A DNA stretch of 64,000 bases from an archaeon (lineage in GTDB: Archaea > Nanobdellota > Nanobdellia > Pacearchaeales > GW2011-AR1). Both the position numbers and the translations under genes were made by a program. Location: positions 6,685 to 70,684 of the forward strand of contig DAOVXQ010000004.1 in NCBI GenBank assembly GCA_030636025.1. The letters run 5' to 3'. Every line of letters starts with the position of its first letter. The first letter of the stretch is position 1. The notes under the pieces are model-generated. The model saw only the letters and a list, made by a program, of their open reading frames with translations. It ran no database searches and was not told the origin of the DNA. Positions 39,560 through 48,926 of the stretch are shown in pieces.

Positions 39560-39997
39560 AATGAAAAAATTTAATTATAAAAAAGCACATGAGAGAGAAT
39601 TTAGGGAAGCAAAACTTAATCCTAAAGATTTTACGATTACTAATGAATTTTTTGGATTAAAAGTAAATGAAGATTTAAAATGGGTAAATGGAATAAATTC
39701 TAACACACCTAAATCGAAAAAAGTTTCTGGATTAGAAAAAATTTTTAGGGATGCAAATGATAAAATGGTAAAACTTGTTTGCACTATTTATTCTAATGGA
39801 ATTGATTCTTGTTCAGTTAAGGAATTAAAAGGAGTAGAATATGATCTTTCAAAAATTTATGAAAAATTAATAAATCATCATGATAAATATAAATCCTTAG
39901 TTAAAGACACTAATCCTGATTTTGAACAATCTGCAATGTTGATTTATAATATATTTGATAGAATAAATAAAAATATAAAAGGAGATAATTAAAATGA
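39547..39997. repeat. junction duplication ggaggataaataaaatga (39547-39564) / ggagataattaaaatga (39981-39997)
   Basis: SD + stop + A + ATG reproduced on both sides of the orphan. Confidence 0.7.
39561..39992 (+). CDS. orphan hypothetical protein inserted in the operon
   Basis: ATG 39561 after GGAGG; A-rich codon usage unlike its neighbours. Confidence 0.7.
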   Translation: MKKFNYKKAHEREFREAKLNPKDFTITNEFFGLKVNEDLKWVNGINSNTPKSKKVSGLEKIFRDANDKMVKLVCTIYSNGIDSCSVKELKGVEYDLSKIYEKLINHHDKYKSLVKDTNPDFEQSAMLIYNIFDRINKNIKGDN

Positions 39998-42063
39998 CGC
40001 AAATGTATAAACTGACTGTTGAGGAATTGTGTAGTAAACTTAGACCTGTCTTTGGGAAGAAAATGGATGATATGTATTTGAGATATGCGATGGCTGAGAG
40101 TCGGGATGAGAAAGAGGAAATTGCAGGGATTTTGAATGCATTGTATCATAAAAATTTGAATAAGTTGTTGAGCAATCAGGTTTTGTTAGAGCCGCCTTTG
40201 AAGGAAAATGTCGACGGTGATTATCCTTTGGGTGTTGTGAGTTATGCGAAAAAGCAACTGCATACTTTTTCTTTAAGAGAGCAAGATTGGATGAGACATG
40301 TTTGTGTTTCAGGAATGAGTGGAAGTGGGAAAACTAATTTTGCATTTCATATAATTAATAATTTTATTAAAAAAGATAAACCTTTTTTAATTTTTGACTG
40401 GAAAAAAAGTTTTAGGCCTTTGATGTTGGCGGATTCTGAGATGATGTGTTTTACAATTGGGAATGCAGATGTGAGCAATTTGTTTAAAGTGAATATTAAC
40501 AAACCGCCAAAAGGGATTGACCCAAAAGAATGGATAAATGTTTTGTGTGATTTAATTACTGAAAGTTTTTCTGCTTCGTATGGTGTTCACAAAGTTTTGT
40601 TAGAGACATTGGATGAGGCATTTAAGGAACACGGAATTTACAATGGGAGTAATGATTATCCTAGCTGGAATTATATTAAATGGAAATTAGAATGCAAATT
40701 AGATAAGACAAAAGGGAGAGAGGCGGCTTGGCTTGAGAGTGCTTTGAGGGTTGCCCATGTTTTGACTTTTGGGAATTTTGGAAAAGTGTTGAATTACAAA
40801 GGTAAGGAAAGTATTTCTTTTGATGAATTGTTAGATAAGAAAGTTATTCTTGAATTAAATAGTTTGGGAAATGTTGAGAAGAAGTTTTTTTGCGAGTTTC
40901 TTTTGACTTATGTTTACAAACTTAAGAAAGCGAATTATTCGAGTGTGGACGAGGGGTTTAAGCACGCGATTTTGGTTGATGAGGCGCACAATATTTTTTT
41001 GAAAGATAAAACGAATTTTGTTAAGGAGTCTGTTACAGATATGATTTATCGAGAGATGAGAGAGTATGGGACTTCTTTGATTTGTCTTGACCAGCATATT
41101 TCGAAATTGAGTGATTGTGTTAAGGGGAATAGTGCGTGTCATGTTGTTTTTCAACAGCAACTTCCTCAGGATATTTGGGATATTAGTGGGTTGACGCAGT
41201 TGTCTGATAAAAAGGAGTTTTTTTCAATGTTGCCTGTCGGGAGTGCGATTGTTAAATTAGCTGAAAGGCATACTTCGCCTTTTTTGATTGAAGTCCCAAA
41301 AGCTGAATTAAGGAGTAATAGTTTTACAGATGGGGATGTGAAACAAAGAATGAGTTTTATTTTTGATGGTCGGAAAGTTGAGGCAGGCGTTGATAGGAAT
41401 TTTAGCGACGCTGTTATTAATGGTGGAGTTCAGGAAAAAGAAATTTCTGGACAAGAAATTTCTGAACAGGAGAATTGGCCTGAAAAAAAGGAAGAGGTCA
41501 GAATTCCGAATCATGCATTATATAATGGGCAAATTAAAAAGCCAAAGATTGAAGAACCTGTTGAGGAAGTTTTTGAGCAACCGAAGAATGAGCCGGGTTT
41601 GAATTCTGTCAAAGAAGTATTGTATGATTTTGTTAAACAAAGGTTGGATGCAGGAGATAGTCTTAATGAGATTGAGAAAATAATGGAAGGATATGTCCAC
41701 GAGGGGAAATTTAGTTTTAAGGATATTGCAGAGGTTATAGATTCTGTTTTGAAAAATAATTTTAATGTAGGAGTAATTAATCCTGAAAATGTTACTACTG
41801 AAGAAAAGCAAAACGTTTATAAAGAAGTTCAACCCTCTTTTGAACACTCAGAAAATAAATTATCTGAAGAGCAGAAAAAGTTACTTATTTTTCTGCAGGC
41901 AAGTCCAAATCATAATTTAAGCACAGTTGAAGTATATAACAGCGTCGGGCTTTCAGCAAGAAAGGGAAATAAGATTAAGAAAGAATTAATGGAAAAAGGA
42001 TTAATTAAAATTAAAGAAGAAAAAAATGAAAAAGGCTGGAAGAAAATTATGAGGGCTGTGTAA
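39994..42063 (+). CDS. HerA/FtsK/VirB4-VirD4-like ATPase (DUF87-type) with C-terminal wHTH
   Basis: Walker A GMSGSGKT, Walker B ILVDEAH, REYG..LICLDQ, C-terminal GLSARKG...L.EKGLI. Confidence 0.9.
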   Translation: MTQMYKLTVEELCSKLRPVFGKKMDDMYLRYAMAESRDEKEEIAGILNALYHKNLNKLLSNQVLLEPPLKENVDGDYPLGVVSYAKKQLHTFSLREQDWMRHVCVSGMSGSGKTNFAFHIINNFIKKDKPFLIFDWKKSFRPLMLADSEMMCFTIGNADVSNLFKVNINKPPKGIDPKEWINVLCDLITESFSASYGVHKVLLETLDEAFKEHGIYNGSNDYPSWNYIKWKLECKLDKTKGREAAWLESALRVAHVLTFGNFGKVLNYKGKESISFDELLDKKVILELNSLGNVEKKFFCEFLLTYVYKLKKANYSSVDEGFKHAILVDEAHNIFLKDKTNFVKESVTDMIYREMREYGTSLICLDQHISKLSDCVKGNSACHVVFQQQLPQDIWDISGLTQLSDKKEFFSMLPVGSAIVKLAERHTSPFLIEVPKAELRSNSFTDGDVKQRMSFIFDGRKVEAGVDRNFSDAVINGGVQEKEISGQEISEQENWPEKKEEVRIPNHALYNGQIKKPKIEEPVEEVFEQPKNEPGLNSVKEVLYDFVKQRLDAGDSLNEIEKIMEGYVHEGKFSFKDIAEVIDSVLKNNFNVGVINPENVTTEEKQNVYKEVQPSFEHSENKLSEEQKKLLIFLQASPNHNLSTVEVYNSVGLSARKGNKIKKELMEKGLIKIKEEKNEKGWKKIMRAV

Positions 42064-42185
42064 ATCATATTCAATAAATTACAAATTAACAAACAAAAAC
42101 CGCAAACCAAAATATAGAAACAACAGATAACAAGTAACAACTTATAGAAACTATCTAGAAACACGAAAAATTAATTGCGGAATAT

Positions 42186-42320
42186 GTGAAATACCCTATT
42201 GATGTATTTTACTTTGGTGAAAAAGAAGAAAATGTTTTTAGGTGGAACTATATGTTTTAAATTATTTTTAGTGAAATAAGTGAAATACCTTATTTAATCA
42301 TAAATCATTAGTGGAATACC
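42186..42320 (+). repeat. GTG(A/G)AATACC direct repeats at island left edge
   Basis: Copies at 42186, 42280, 42311; partial at 42271. Confidence 0.65.
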
Positions 42321-42368
42321 TTAAGTTTAGGATAAACTTGTTTTAGAAAAAATGAAAGGAAGTGTGTT

Positions 42369-42605
42369 ATGAGTATTTTTAGTGGTAAAGAACTGAGAAT
42401 AATGAAAGAGGTTTTAAAGCCTAATCAAAAACTAGTGAAAGGCACGCCCTATTGTGTAGGAGAATTGAGATATATTTTCCTGAAGTTATGGGGTCAAATC
42501 ATTAGTAATCGAGAAATAAGAGTTAGAGATTCTAGTGAGGAATCAAATAAAATTTGGAAAGTCATCCACAAATTGAACGAACTTCAGGACGGACAGAAAA
42601 TCTAA
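42369..42605 (+). CDS. hypothetical protein
   Basis: ORF with AAAGGA SD. Confidence 0.6.
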   Translation: MSIFSGKELRIMKEVLKPNQKLVKGTPYCVGELRYIFLKLWGQIISNREIRVRDSSEESNKIWKVIHKLNELQDGQKI

Positions 42606-42665
42606 GGTGATTCAACAGTCGTAAACGAAAACTAATCAGTAGATTAGAGAATTAAGGAGATAATC

Positions 42666-42761
42666 GTGGGTTTGTTAGATAGGTTATGGATAATTCTTTG
42701 TTTCTTGTGGTTTTGGGAATTTCCTCCTTTTAGTAAAAAGAAGGATAAAAAAGAAAAGTGA
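42666..42761 (+). CDS. 31-aa hydrophobic peptide MGLLDRLWIILCFLWFWEFPPFSKKKDKKEK
   Basis: AGGAG SD, GTG start; hydrophobic helix plus basic tail. Confidence 0.45.
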   Translation: MGLLDRLWIILCFLWFWEFPPFSKKKDKKEK

Positions 42762-42772
42762 AGAAGGAGATT

Positions 42773-42832
42773 ATGATGGATAAAAAAATATGGTGGTTGG
42801 CGTTGTTTACTTATTTAGCAGCTATGTGTTAG
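42773..42832 (+). CDS. 19-aa hydrophobic peptide MMDKKIWWLALFTYLAAMC
   Basis: AAGGAG SD; followed by a hairpin. Confidence 0.35.
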   Translation: MMDKKIWWLALFTYLAAMC

Positions 42833-42842
42833 TTGTTATAAA

Positions 42843-42907
42843 CCCCTTTCTTGAGATTTAGGCTGAACGCTTAATTTATAGTTATTAGGCCTGAATCTTT
42901 TTTGGGG
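42843..42907 (+). terminator. long imperfect stem-loop
   Basis: agatttaggc/gcctgaatct with outer cccc/gggg. Confidence 0.55.
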
Positions 42908-42957
42908 ATGCTAAATTAATGTTTTGAAAAACGAATGAAAGGAAAGGTGTTAATATT

Positions 42958-43323
42958 ATGAGTAAAATATGGGCGAACAAATGTGAAGTTTGTGGGGGCT
43001 TGTTTGAGGACGACTATGAATACAATAAACATGTAAGGGTTCATGAACTATTAAAAAATCTTGAAGAAGAGTTCCCTCGAGGGGATTTTAACCGGAGTAA
43101 TTTTATCCAGAGGGATAAAGAATGGCTTGAAAGGTATAAAAAGGCTGTTCAGGAAATAATCGGAAGGACTGGATTTCCTCCCTTTACTGGCGGGTGGTAT
43201 CGGTGTTTAAAGAATAGTGGGAACCAATTTTGCGATATTGCTTATAGAATATTAAATGTTTGCGAAACATGTTTTAAGGAATGGGCTCGCCAGGCCGATG
43301 TGGCTATGTGTTCGCATTCTTGA
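42958..43323 (+). CDS. C2H2-type zinc finger protein
   Basis: CEVC-x12-HVRVH plus a second CxxC. Confidence 0.7.
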   Translation: MSKIWANKCEVCGGLFEDDYEYNKHVRVHELLKNLEEEFPRGDFNRSNFIQRDKEWLERYKKAVQEIIGRTGFPPFTGGWYRCLKNSGNQFCDIAYRILNVCETCFKEWARQADVAMCSHS

Positions 43324-43433
43324 ACCTCTGGAGAAATTAGGAAAGGAGTTATCGGTTAATATTAGTGAAGATGTTCTTCAGATATGGAAAATTTTAATGA
43401 GTGGAAATTAATACAAGCGAAAGGAGTATTTTT

Positions 43434-43754
43434 ATGCAAAAAGGATTTGTCTTATTTATGTTTTGGACACAAGAAAAATATGACTTTCTTGTGGAGTTTA
43501 TGGAACACCTAAAAATGGATTGGAGAGAGGAGTTTGGTGAGTTGGATGCTTGGGACCCTGAGCTAAAAAGATATTTGACTTATTGGTTCAATGCAGAGTT
43601 TGGGTCAAATATCTCCTCCAATGCGATTTGCAACCGCCTTAGAAAATACCTCTCCCAAAAGAATGGGAAAAAGAAAGGACAAGCCTCTGAGGCAGGTATA
43701 AACGGTAGAGTTCATTCACCAAGAACTAGCGAATTTAAATTAAGTCGGCTTTGA
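43434..43754 (+). CDS. putative helical DNA-binding (Myb/HTH-like) protein
   Basis: AAGGAG SD before ATG 43434; WTQEKYDFL...FNAEFG...AICNRL pattern. Confidence 0.55.
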   Translation: MQKGFVLFMFWTQEKYDFLVEFMEHLKMDWREEFGELDAWDPELKRYLTYWFNAEFGSNISSNAICNRLRKYLSQKNGKKKGQASEAGINGRVHSPRTSEFKLSRL

Positions 43755-43763
43755 AATCTGTAA

Positions 43764-43961
43764 GTGAATGGATTTTCTGATGGGGTTGTTAATTTGCATG
43801 ACTTTAGTATGATGTCGTCGCATTGGGGGGCACACGCAACAGACCCTAATAGTAATTATGATGCCTATTTTGAGAACCCAAATAATCTTAATGGCATTAT
43901 TGATGTTTCAGACTTCTACGATTTTTCAAATAAATGGTTAACAGACCCAAATGGTGTGTAA
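43764..43961 (+). CDS. dockerin type I / EF-hand-like repeat peptide (possibly a fragment)
   Basis: Duplicated DGVVNLHDFSMMSSHW / NGIIDVSDFYDFSNKWL. Confidence 0.65.
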   Translation: MNGFSDGVVNLHDFSMMSSHWGAHATDPNSNYDAYFENPNNLNGIIDVSDFYDFSNKWLTDPNGV

Positions 43962-44000
43962 CTTGTTAATTATGTTTCTGGAGCGAAGTTAAATGAGGTG

Positions 44001-44048
44001 AAAGAGCTAAGTGAAAACTTTTAGTGAGTAGCTTAGCTCTTTATTTTG
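44001..44048 (+). terminator. intrinsic terminator-like hairpin
   Basis: aaagagctaag/cttagctcttt then T-rich tail. Confidence 0.65.
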
Positions 44049-44195
44049 TTTATTGGTAATTTAAAAATTAGTTAGAAAAAGAAAGGAGTTTGTTGTCTGA
44101 AAACTATTCATAGTATTTTTAATCGTGTTCTTGGGACATTTAATGTTAATTTTAGTTCTCTACGAGAAGAACTATATTTTTATGAAAGGATTTTT

Positions 44196-44402
44196 ATGGT
44201 TATAAAAACAGTATTTGGAACATTGGGATTATGTTTCCCTATTTTAGTGAGTATAATCCTCTCGCTAAAATATCCTCCTGCAGAAGGGAGATTTTTGATT
44301 TATGGATTATGTGTGGTAATAGACATTGTAAGTTTGTGTTGGATTGTCCGTTTGTGGATACCGATATTTCGAAATATTGGCCTCCATCAAAGAAATCCGT
44401 AA
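44196..44402 (+). CDS. small 2-TM protein
   Basis: GAAAGGA SD; two hydrophobic helices. Confidence 0.6.
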   Translation: MVIKTVFGTLGLCFPILVSIILSLKYPPAEGRFLIYGLCVVIDIVSLCWIVRLWIPIFRNIGLHQRNP

Positions 44403-44567
44403 TTTTAATAAGGAGATAAATTGCGAAGAAATTTTGGGAGGTGTTGCTTTAACTGTGGCATTCTTAATTAGAATGATGTGTGTTTACATGATTTTGGGTT
44501 GAGAATGTAACAACCTCTAAGAATTGTGCGAGGAATTAACCTGATAAACCTTGACAAGGAGATTATT

Positions 44568-44741
44568 GTGTCAGAAAAAGCATGGGATAAATTGTTTGAA
44601 GAAGTTTCAAAGTCAGTTGAATATGGGAGTGCAGAAACCCCTGAAGCTCTGACAAATGTTGCAAGAAATCGCAGACTGTCGCTGGAAGAAACCAATGAAC
44701 TTCAGAGGCGCTACGAGGAGTTTTGCGTCGAAAGTTGTTAA
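44568..44741 (+). CDS. small acidic hypothetical protein
   Basis: AAGGAG SD before GTG 44568 (in frame with ORF 44526). Confidence 0.55.
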   Translation: MSEKAWDKLFEEVSKSVEYGSAETPEALTNVARNRRLSLEETNELQRRYEEFCVESC

Positions 44742-44798
44742 GCAAAACACTAATTTTGTAGAATAGTGTTGTAACAAACATTAAATGGAAGGAGGATT

Positions 44799-45011
44799 AT
44801 GTCAGAAGAAGAATTAAGAGAGCGTTTAATAAAATTAATTAAAAATACTTACACCCCATCTGAGAAAGGAGAGATTCCTGACGAAATGTTTGTGAGTCCA
44901 ATAGGCGAGGTAATTGATTTTTTGAGCTTGAGGATAGGATTTCAAGGATTTGAAGTCGAATCTTTGACAAGAGAAAAGGGTTACCTTGCTACCTTGTTGA
45001 AAAAAGATTGA
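44799..45011 (+). CDS. small protein with coiled-coil C-terminus (IDFLSLRI..QGFEVESLTREKGYL)
   Basis: AAGGAGG SD. Confidence 0.65.
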   Translation: MSEEELRERLIKLIKNTYTPSEKGEIPDEMFVSPIGEVIDFLSLRIGFQGFEVESLTREKGYLATLLKKD

Positions 45012-45137
45012 GTTTTATTATTAGCGAAAGGATAGATATGAAAAATACCATCAAGATAACGCCAGAGACTATCCCTCGAGGGCTTAGGTTTAATTGGGGG
45101 TTTGTTTTAAGTACGGTTTTATTGCGAAAGGTATATC

Positions 45138-45398
45138 ATGAAGAAAAGACTTTGTTTTGGTGTAAAAAAGAATGGTGAAAAATGTGATCTTTTTGGTATT
45201 CTTCAGGAGGTTCAAAAATCAACTAAAAACTGTCCGCGTTGCGGGGCTTCATTATATTTTTTACCTCCTGAGAATGTTACGAAAAAGAAGCGGAAAGAAG
45301 CTATGGGGAAGCTGCCAAAAACAAATAAGAACACATGGCAGAACCGAAGAGTAAAAGAGGGGGGATGTAAACAAAGTTATGTGAATGGTCGCCGTTAA
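45138..45398 (+). CDS. zinc-ribbon protein
   Basis: CFGVKKNGEKC...CPRCG. Confidence 0.6.
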   Translation: MKKRLCFGVKKNGEKCDLFGILQEVQKSTKNCPRCGASLYFLPPENVTKKKRKEAMGKLPKTNKNTWQNRRVKEGGCKQSYVNGRR

Positions 45399-45485
45399 CT
45401 CTCGGCGCGATTGGAGGAGAAAAGAGATTTTGTATAAGATTAAATGTATGAGATTTTGAAACTTATTTTTTGAAAGGTGAAAATT

Positions 45486-48400
45486 ATGAAAAAGAATTTG
45501 AAAGTGATGTTGACTATTTTGTTTGTGACAATTTTACCGGCGACCTTATTTGCGGCACCGAGCGGAGACTATTGTTTTAATATCGGCGACCGCCCGATTC
45601 GAGATATTCAGGGTGATTACTCTGATATTGTTCTCTCAGGGAGTACGAATCTTGAACATTTGTCCCTTTTTCAAAATGAACATGGGATAATTACTGGAGA
45701 AGGTTATGGGACTAAGGGACCTCTTGGGATAAAAACCAAAATTCCTGTGGGTTTTATATATTCATTGCTGAACCAACGGATGGCAGGGATGATAAATATA
45801 TTCACTTTTACTAAAGCATCTAATGGGTGCCCCTTGGGGGTTTTGACCTATCGTGGATATGCCCAGGAAGACCATTTGATTGGTTTGTTTAAGGGGATTA
45901 TAGATAATACCTTGTATGGCTTAACGACGAAAATAGATTTCAGTCATTTAATTAATACGACTGATTGGCAGATTCATTTGTCGAATATGAGAACTGTTGG
46001 CGGTCGAATTACTGGCTCGGCGAAAATAAAACTATCCAGTGGAAGAGAATCTGACTTTAAGGTCATTGGATTTCATAGTGACTGGACAGGACATTCCACT
46101 TTTTTATTGATAGGCACTGCCACAGATGATTCTGAAATCGCTGGTTTGCTTATTTTTGATTTGAATTGCCGAACAAAGAAAATTACATGGATTGTTGGAC
46201 GAATTTTCGGAACAACGGTTTTTAATCTCAGTGCAAATTATGTGTCTGCGAAGCCGATTGATGAACTTGGGATAACCATTGAAACATTTGACGACAATAT
46301 TTTTGTCAACGAAGAAGTTACATTCGATGCTGTTGTTCCAAACGAAAACCAAGAATATTTTGATGGGTTGCAGGTTGCTTGGGACTTCAACAGCGACGGC
46401 GTGTTGGAAGTTCAGCCGACCCTTGACAAATTTTCTTGTTATGCTTTTGAAGAGCCGGGCGTTTATACTGTCACACTATTAATCTTTGGTGAAAATGGAG
46501 ATTGCCATGAATTAACCAAAGAAATAAGAGTAAAGTCAATTGATAGACTCGAGACCACCTTGGAGATTTCTAATTATAATCCCTTTGTCGGCGAGGAAGG
46601 TGGATTTGAGGCCGTGGTCCCAGACGAGAACGCAGATTATTTTGATGGATTGCAGGTGGCATGGGATTTCAACAGCGACGGTGTGTTGGAAGTCCAGCCG
46701 ACTTTCGAAAAGTCTGCCAGTTATGCATTCGAAGAGCCTGGTGTTTATTTAGTTAAACTGTTAATCTTTGATGGAACGGGATTTCATTATGAAATAATCA
46801 AAGAGATTACAGTTGAATCTGAAGCATTGGACTTGCCGGAACTGAAAACTGTCGACGGTTCTACTACGATTTTCGTAGACGAAAATTTGACGGTTCGGAC
46901 TCTTGCCGGGACTTCTGAAGTGGATAATTCAGGCAGGTTTGAAAATTTGGTGATGTTAAACACGGGGAACGGGCAGGTTATTTTCGTTGAGAATGGTGAG
47001 ACTCCTCTTGGGGTTGCTTATATTACTTCAGAACAAGTTGCCTCGGGAATTGTGCAAATAACCTCTCGCGAATTGGCGTTGGGATTGATAAGTTTAAATC
47101 CTTATATTACGGTTTTGTCTCCTCAGAACCGCTCCATGGTTCTTGAAGCATCTGCGAATCATTATGAATTTGCATTATTAAAAGATGATGTCAAGAACTC
47201 GATTATCAATGCGCCGGAGTTGGCTCTTGATTACGAGACCTATCCGTATATTTTTCAAACTTCCACGAAGATAGGTATAGAGACGATTATGAGTTTGGAT
47301 GGCTCGGGGTCTCTTGCAAGATCTTATGCCGGTGTTGGAGAAATAACAGATACTGAAGCAACGAATGTGATGCGACGATTAAGTCCTGTTGCGATTAGTT
47401 CTGTTAGCCAGATGGTTGGCGAGGAAGATTGTCCGCATATCATAGATAAAGCCGGTCCCGAGATTACCTTGGTAAACCCCTTGATGAGCTTTTACGGTTT
47501 TCAGGCAAATGAAAACAGTAATCTTGTCAGAGGAAGAAGTAAGGTATTTAATTTCTTTCCTCCGTGGAGGTTTGGAAGAACTGCACCGTGTGAAAAAGAT
47601 TGGAATCTTGGTGACGGTGTGTTTGACATAACCATTTACAGTGGTTTTAATATCGGCACCGAGGGTTGGTTGGACTACAGGCATTCTGCAGGAAAAGCAA
47701 CTTATGCGAACCTCGCTAAGGTGATTTTCATTTGCCTGGATATTGGTGGCATGGATTTTATGTCGCTTGATAATTCCGTGATAGAAAATCTATTGTTACT
47801 TGATAATGTGCCAAACATCGACCTCGGCAATATCGCCACGAAATTTAAGGAAAAGGGTTGGCAGTATGTTTTGTTACATACTATGCCGGAATTTCTCAGA
47901 AACCATTGGGATGAAATTTCCTATTGGCTGTGGCAAGACGGTGCGACAGGGCTTGCAGAAGGTATGCAAGATGTATCGAGGTATTTTAAGCATACTGCAA
48001 AAGCTATGGAAGGAGTAATGAATGCTCTTCCCGTGGTCGGGATTATTCTTGACTCTGGTGAGATGCTAAACGAATGGATACCTTTCCTCGCTGATTTGGC
48101 TACTGGTCCAAGAATATTACAGTATCGTGTTGAACAAGAAGATGGTGTGCTTTATGAGCTGGCTACGCCTTATATACCTCCGACTGCAAAAATTCGTTTA
48201 GAAAACTATAATCCGTTTGTCGGTGAAGAAGTGATATTTGATGCAAGATTGTGTTACGACGATTGTGATCGTCGTGAAGATTTGCAGGTTCGGTGGGATT
48301 TTGACGGCGATGGAGTATGGGATACGGGTTGGAGCAATGGCAAGATTGCGAATTATACTATGAATCAAAGAGGCAATTTCAGGACCCGACTTGAAGTCAG

Positions 48401-48848
48401 GGATTTGGACGGTCTTGTTGGTTCAGAGACTTGCAGTCTTGTTGTAGGATCTATCGAAAGTTTTAAAATCGTTTTGACCTGGGGACAGAATCCCCGGGAC
48501 CTTGACTCTCATTTGTATACTCCTGTTATTGACGGTTCTTCCCATCATGTCTGGTATAGTTCAAAAGGAAGTGCAATTTCACTTCCTTATGTGTGGTTGG
48601 ACTTAGATGATGTTTCGAGTTATGGCCCTGAAACAATTTGGTTCGAGAGGTTTTTCTCTGGGGAATACAAGTATTCGGTTTACCAGTATTCTTCTGACGG
48701 GGCATTGGCAACATCTGGCGCACATGTCGAAATAATTAGTGCCGGAAGATTAATCGCTTCCTTCGATGTTCCGACAGACTTGTCTGGGCGGACCTGGGAA
48801 GTTTTCACAATTAACGGGGGGACAAAAACTATCACTCCGATTAATTAA
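45486..48848 (+). CDS. secreted multidomain protein: signal peptide, PKD domains, C-terminal YfaP/DUF2135-like domain
   Basis: Sec signal (...ATLFA-A); WDFNSDG x2, WDFDGDG; IVLTWGQNPRDLDSHL...DDVSSYGPETI. Confidence 0.88.
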   Translation: MKKNLKVMLTILFVTILPATLFAAPSGDYCFNIGDRPIRDIQGDYSDIVLSGSTNLEHLSLFQNEHGIITGEGYGTKGPLGIKTKIPVGFIYSLLNQRMAGMINIFTFTKASNGCPLGVLTYRGYAQEDHLIGLFKGIIDNTLYGLTTKIDFSHLINTTDWQIHLSNMRTVGGRITGSAKIKLSSGRESDFKVIGFHSDWTGHSTFLLIGTATDDSEIAGLLIFDLNCRTKKITWIVGRIFGTTVFNLSANYVSAKPIDELGITIETFDDNIFVNEEVTFDAVVPNENQEYFDGLQVAWDFNSDGVLEVQPTLDKFSCYAFEEPGVYTVTLLIFGENGDCHELTKEIRVKSIDRLETTLEISNYNPFVGEEGGFEAVVPDENADYFDGLQVAWDFNSDGVLEVQPTFEKSASYAFEEPGVYLVKLLIFDGTGFHYEIIKEITVESEALDLPELKTVDGSTTIFVDENLTVRTLAGTSEVDNSGRFENLVMLNTGNGQVIFVENGETPLGVAYITSEQVASGIVQITSRELALGLISLNPYITVLSPQNRSMVLEASANHYEFALLKDDVKNSIINAPELALDYETYPYIFQTSTKIGIETIMSLDGSGSLARSYAGVGEITDTEATNVMRRLSPVAISSVSQMVGEEDCPHIIDKAGPEITLVNPLMSFYGFQANENSNLVRGRSKVFNFFPPWRFGRTAPCEKDWNLGDGVFDITIYSGFNIGTEGWLDYRHSAGKATYANLAKVIFICLDIGGMDFMSLDNSVIENLLLLDNVPNIDLGNIATKFKEKGWQYVLLHTMPEFLRNHWDEISYWLWQDGATGLAEGMQDVSRYFKHTAKAMEGVMNALPVVGIILDSGEMLNEWIPFLADLATGPRILQYRVEQEDGVLYELATPYIPPTAKIRLENYNPFVGEEVIFDARLCYDDCDRREDLQVRWDFDGDGVWDTGWSNGKIANYTMNQRGNFRTRLEVRDLDGLVGSETCSLVVGSIESFKIVLTWGQNPRDLDSHLYTPVIDGSSHHVWYSSKGSAISLPYVWLDLDDVSSYGPETIWFERFFSGEYKYSVYQYSSDGALATSGAHVEIISAGRLIASFDVPTDLSGRTWEVFTINGGTKTITPIN

Positions 48849-48858
48849 TGATTTAGTT

Positions 48859-48906
48859 AGAAGTCAGCTGATAGACTTGTTGTTTGTTGGCTGACTTCTC
48901 TTTTTT
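48859..48906 (+). terminator. intrinsic terminator
   Basis: agaagtcagc/gctgacttct stem followed by T6. Confidence 0.8.
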
Positions 48907-48926
48907 GAAATTGAAGGAGCATTATT

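Noticed and set aside
41910-42164. Cys-rich hydrophobic minus-strand ORF
   Set aside because: Overlaps the ATPase 3' end and is explained by low-complexity G/T-rich sequence
42830-42841. TAG readthrough or alternative genetic code in the island
   Set aside because: TAG terminates leuS, aspS, disA and ftsZ normally, and long island ORFs are open in code 11
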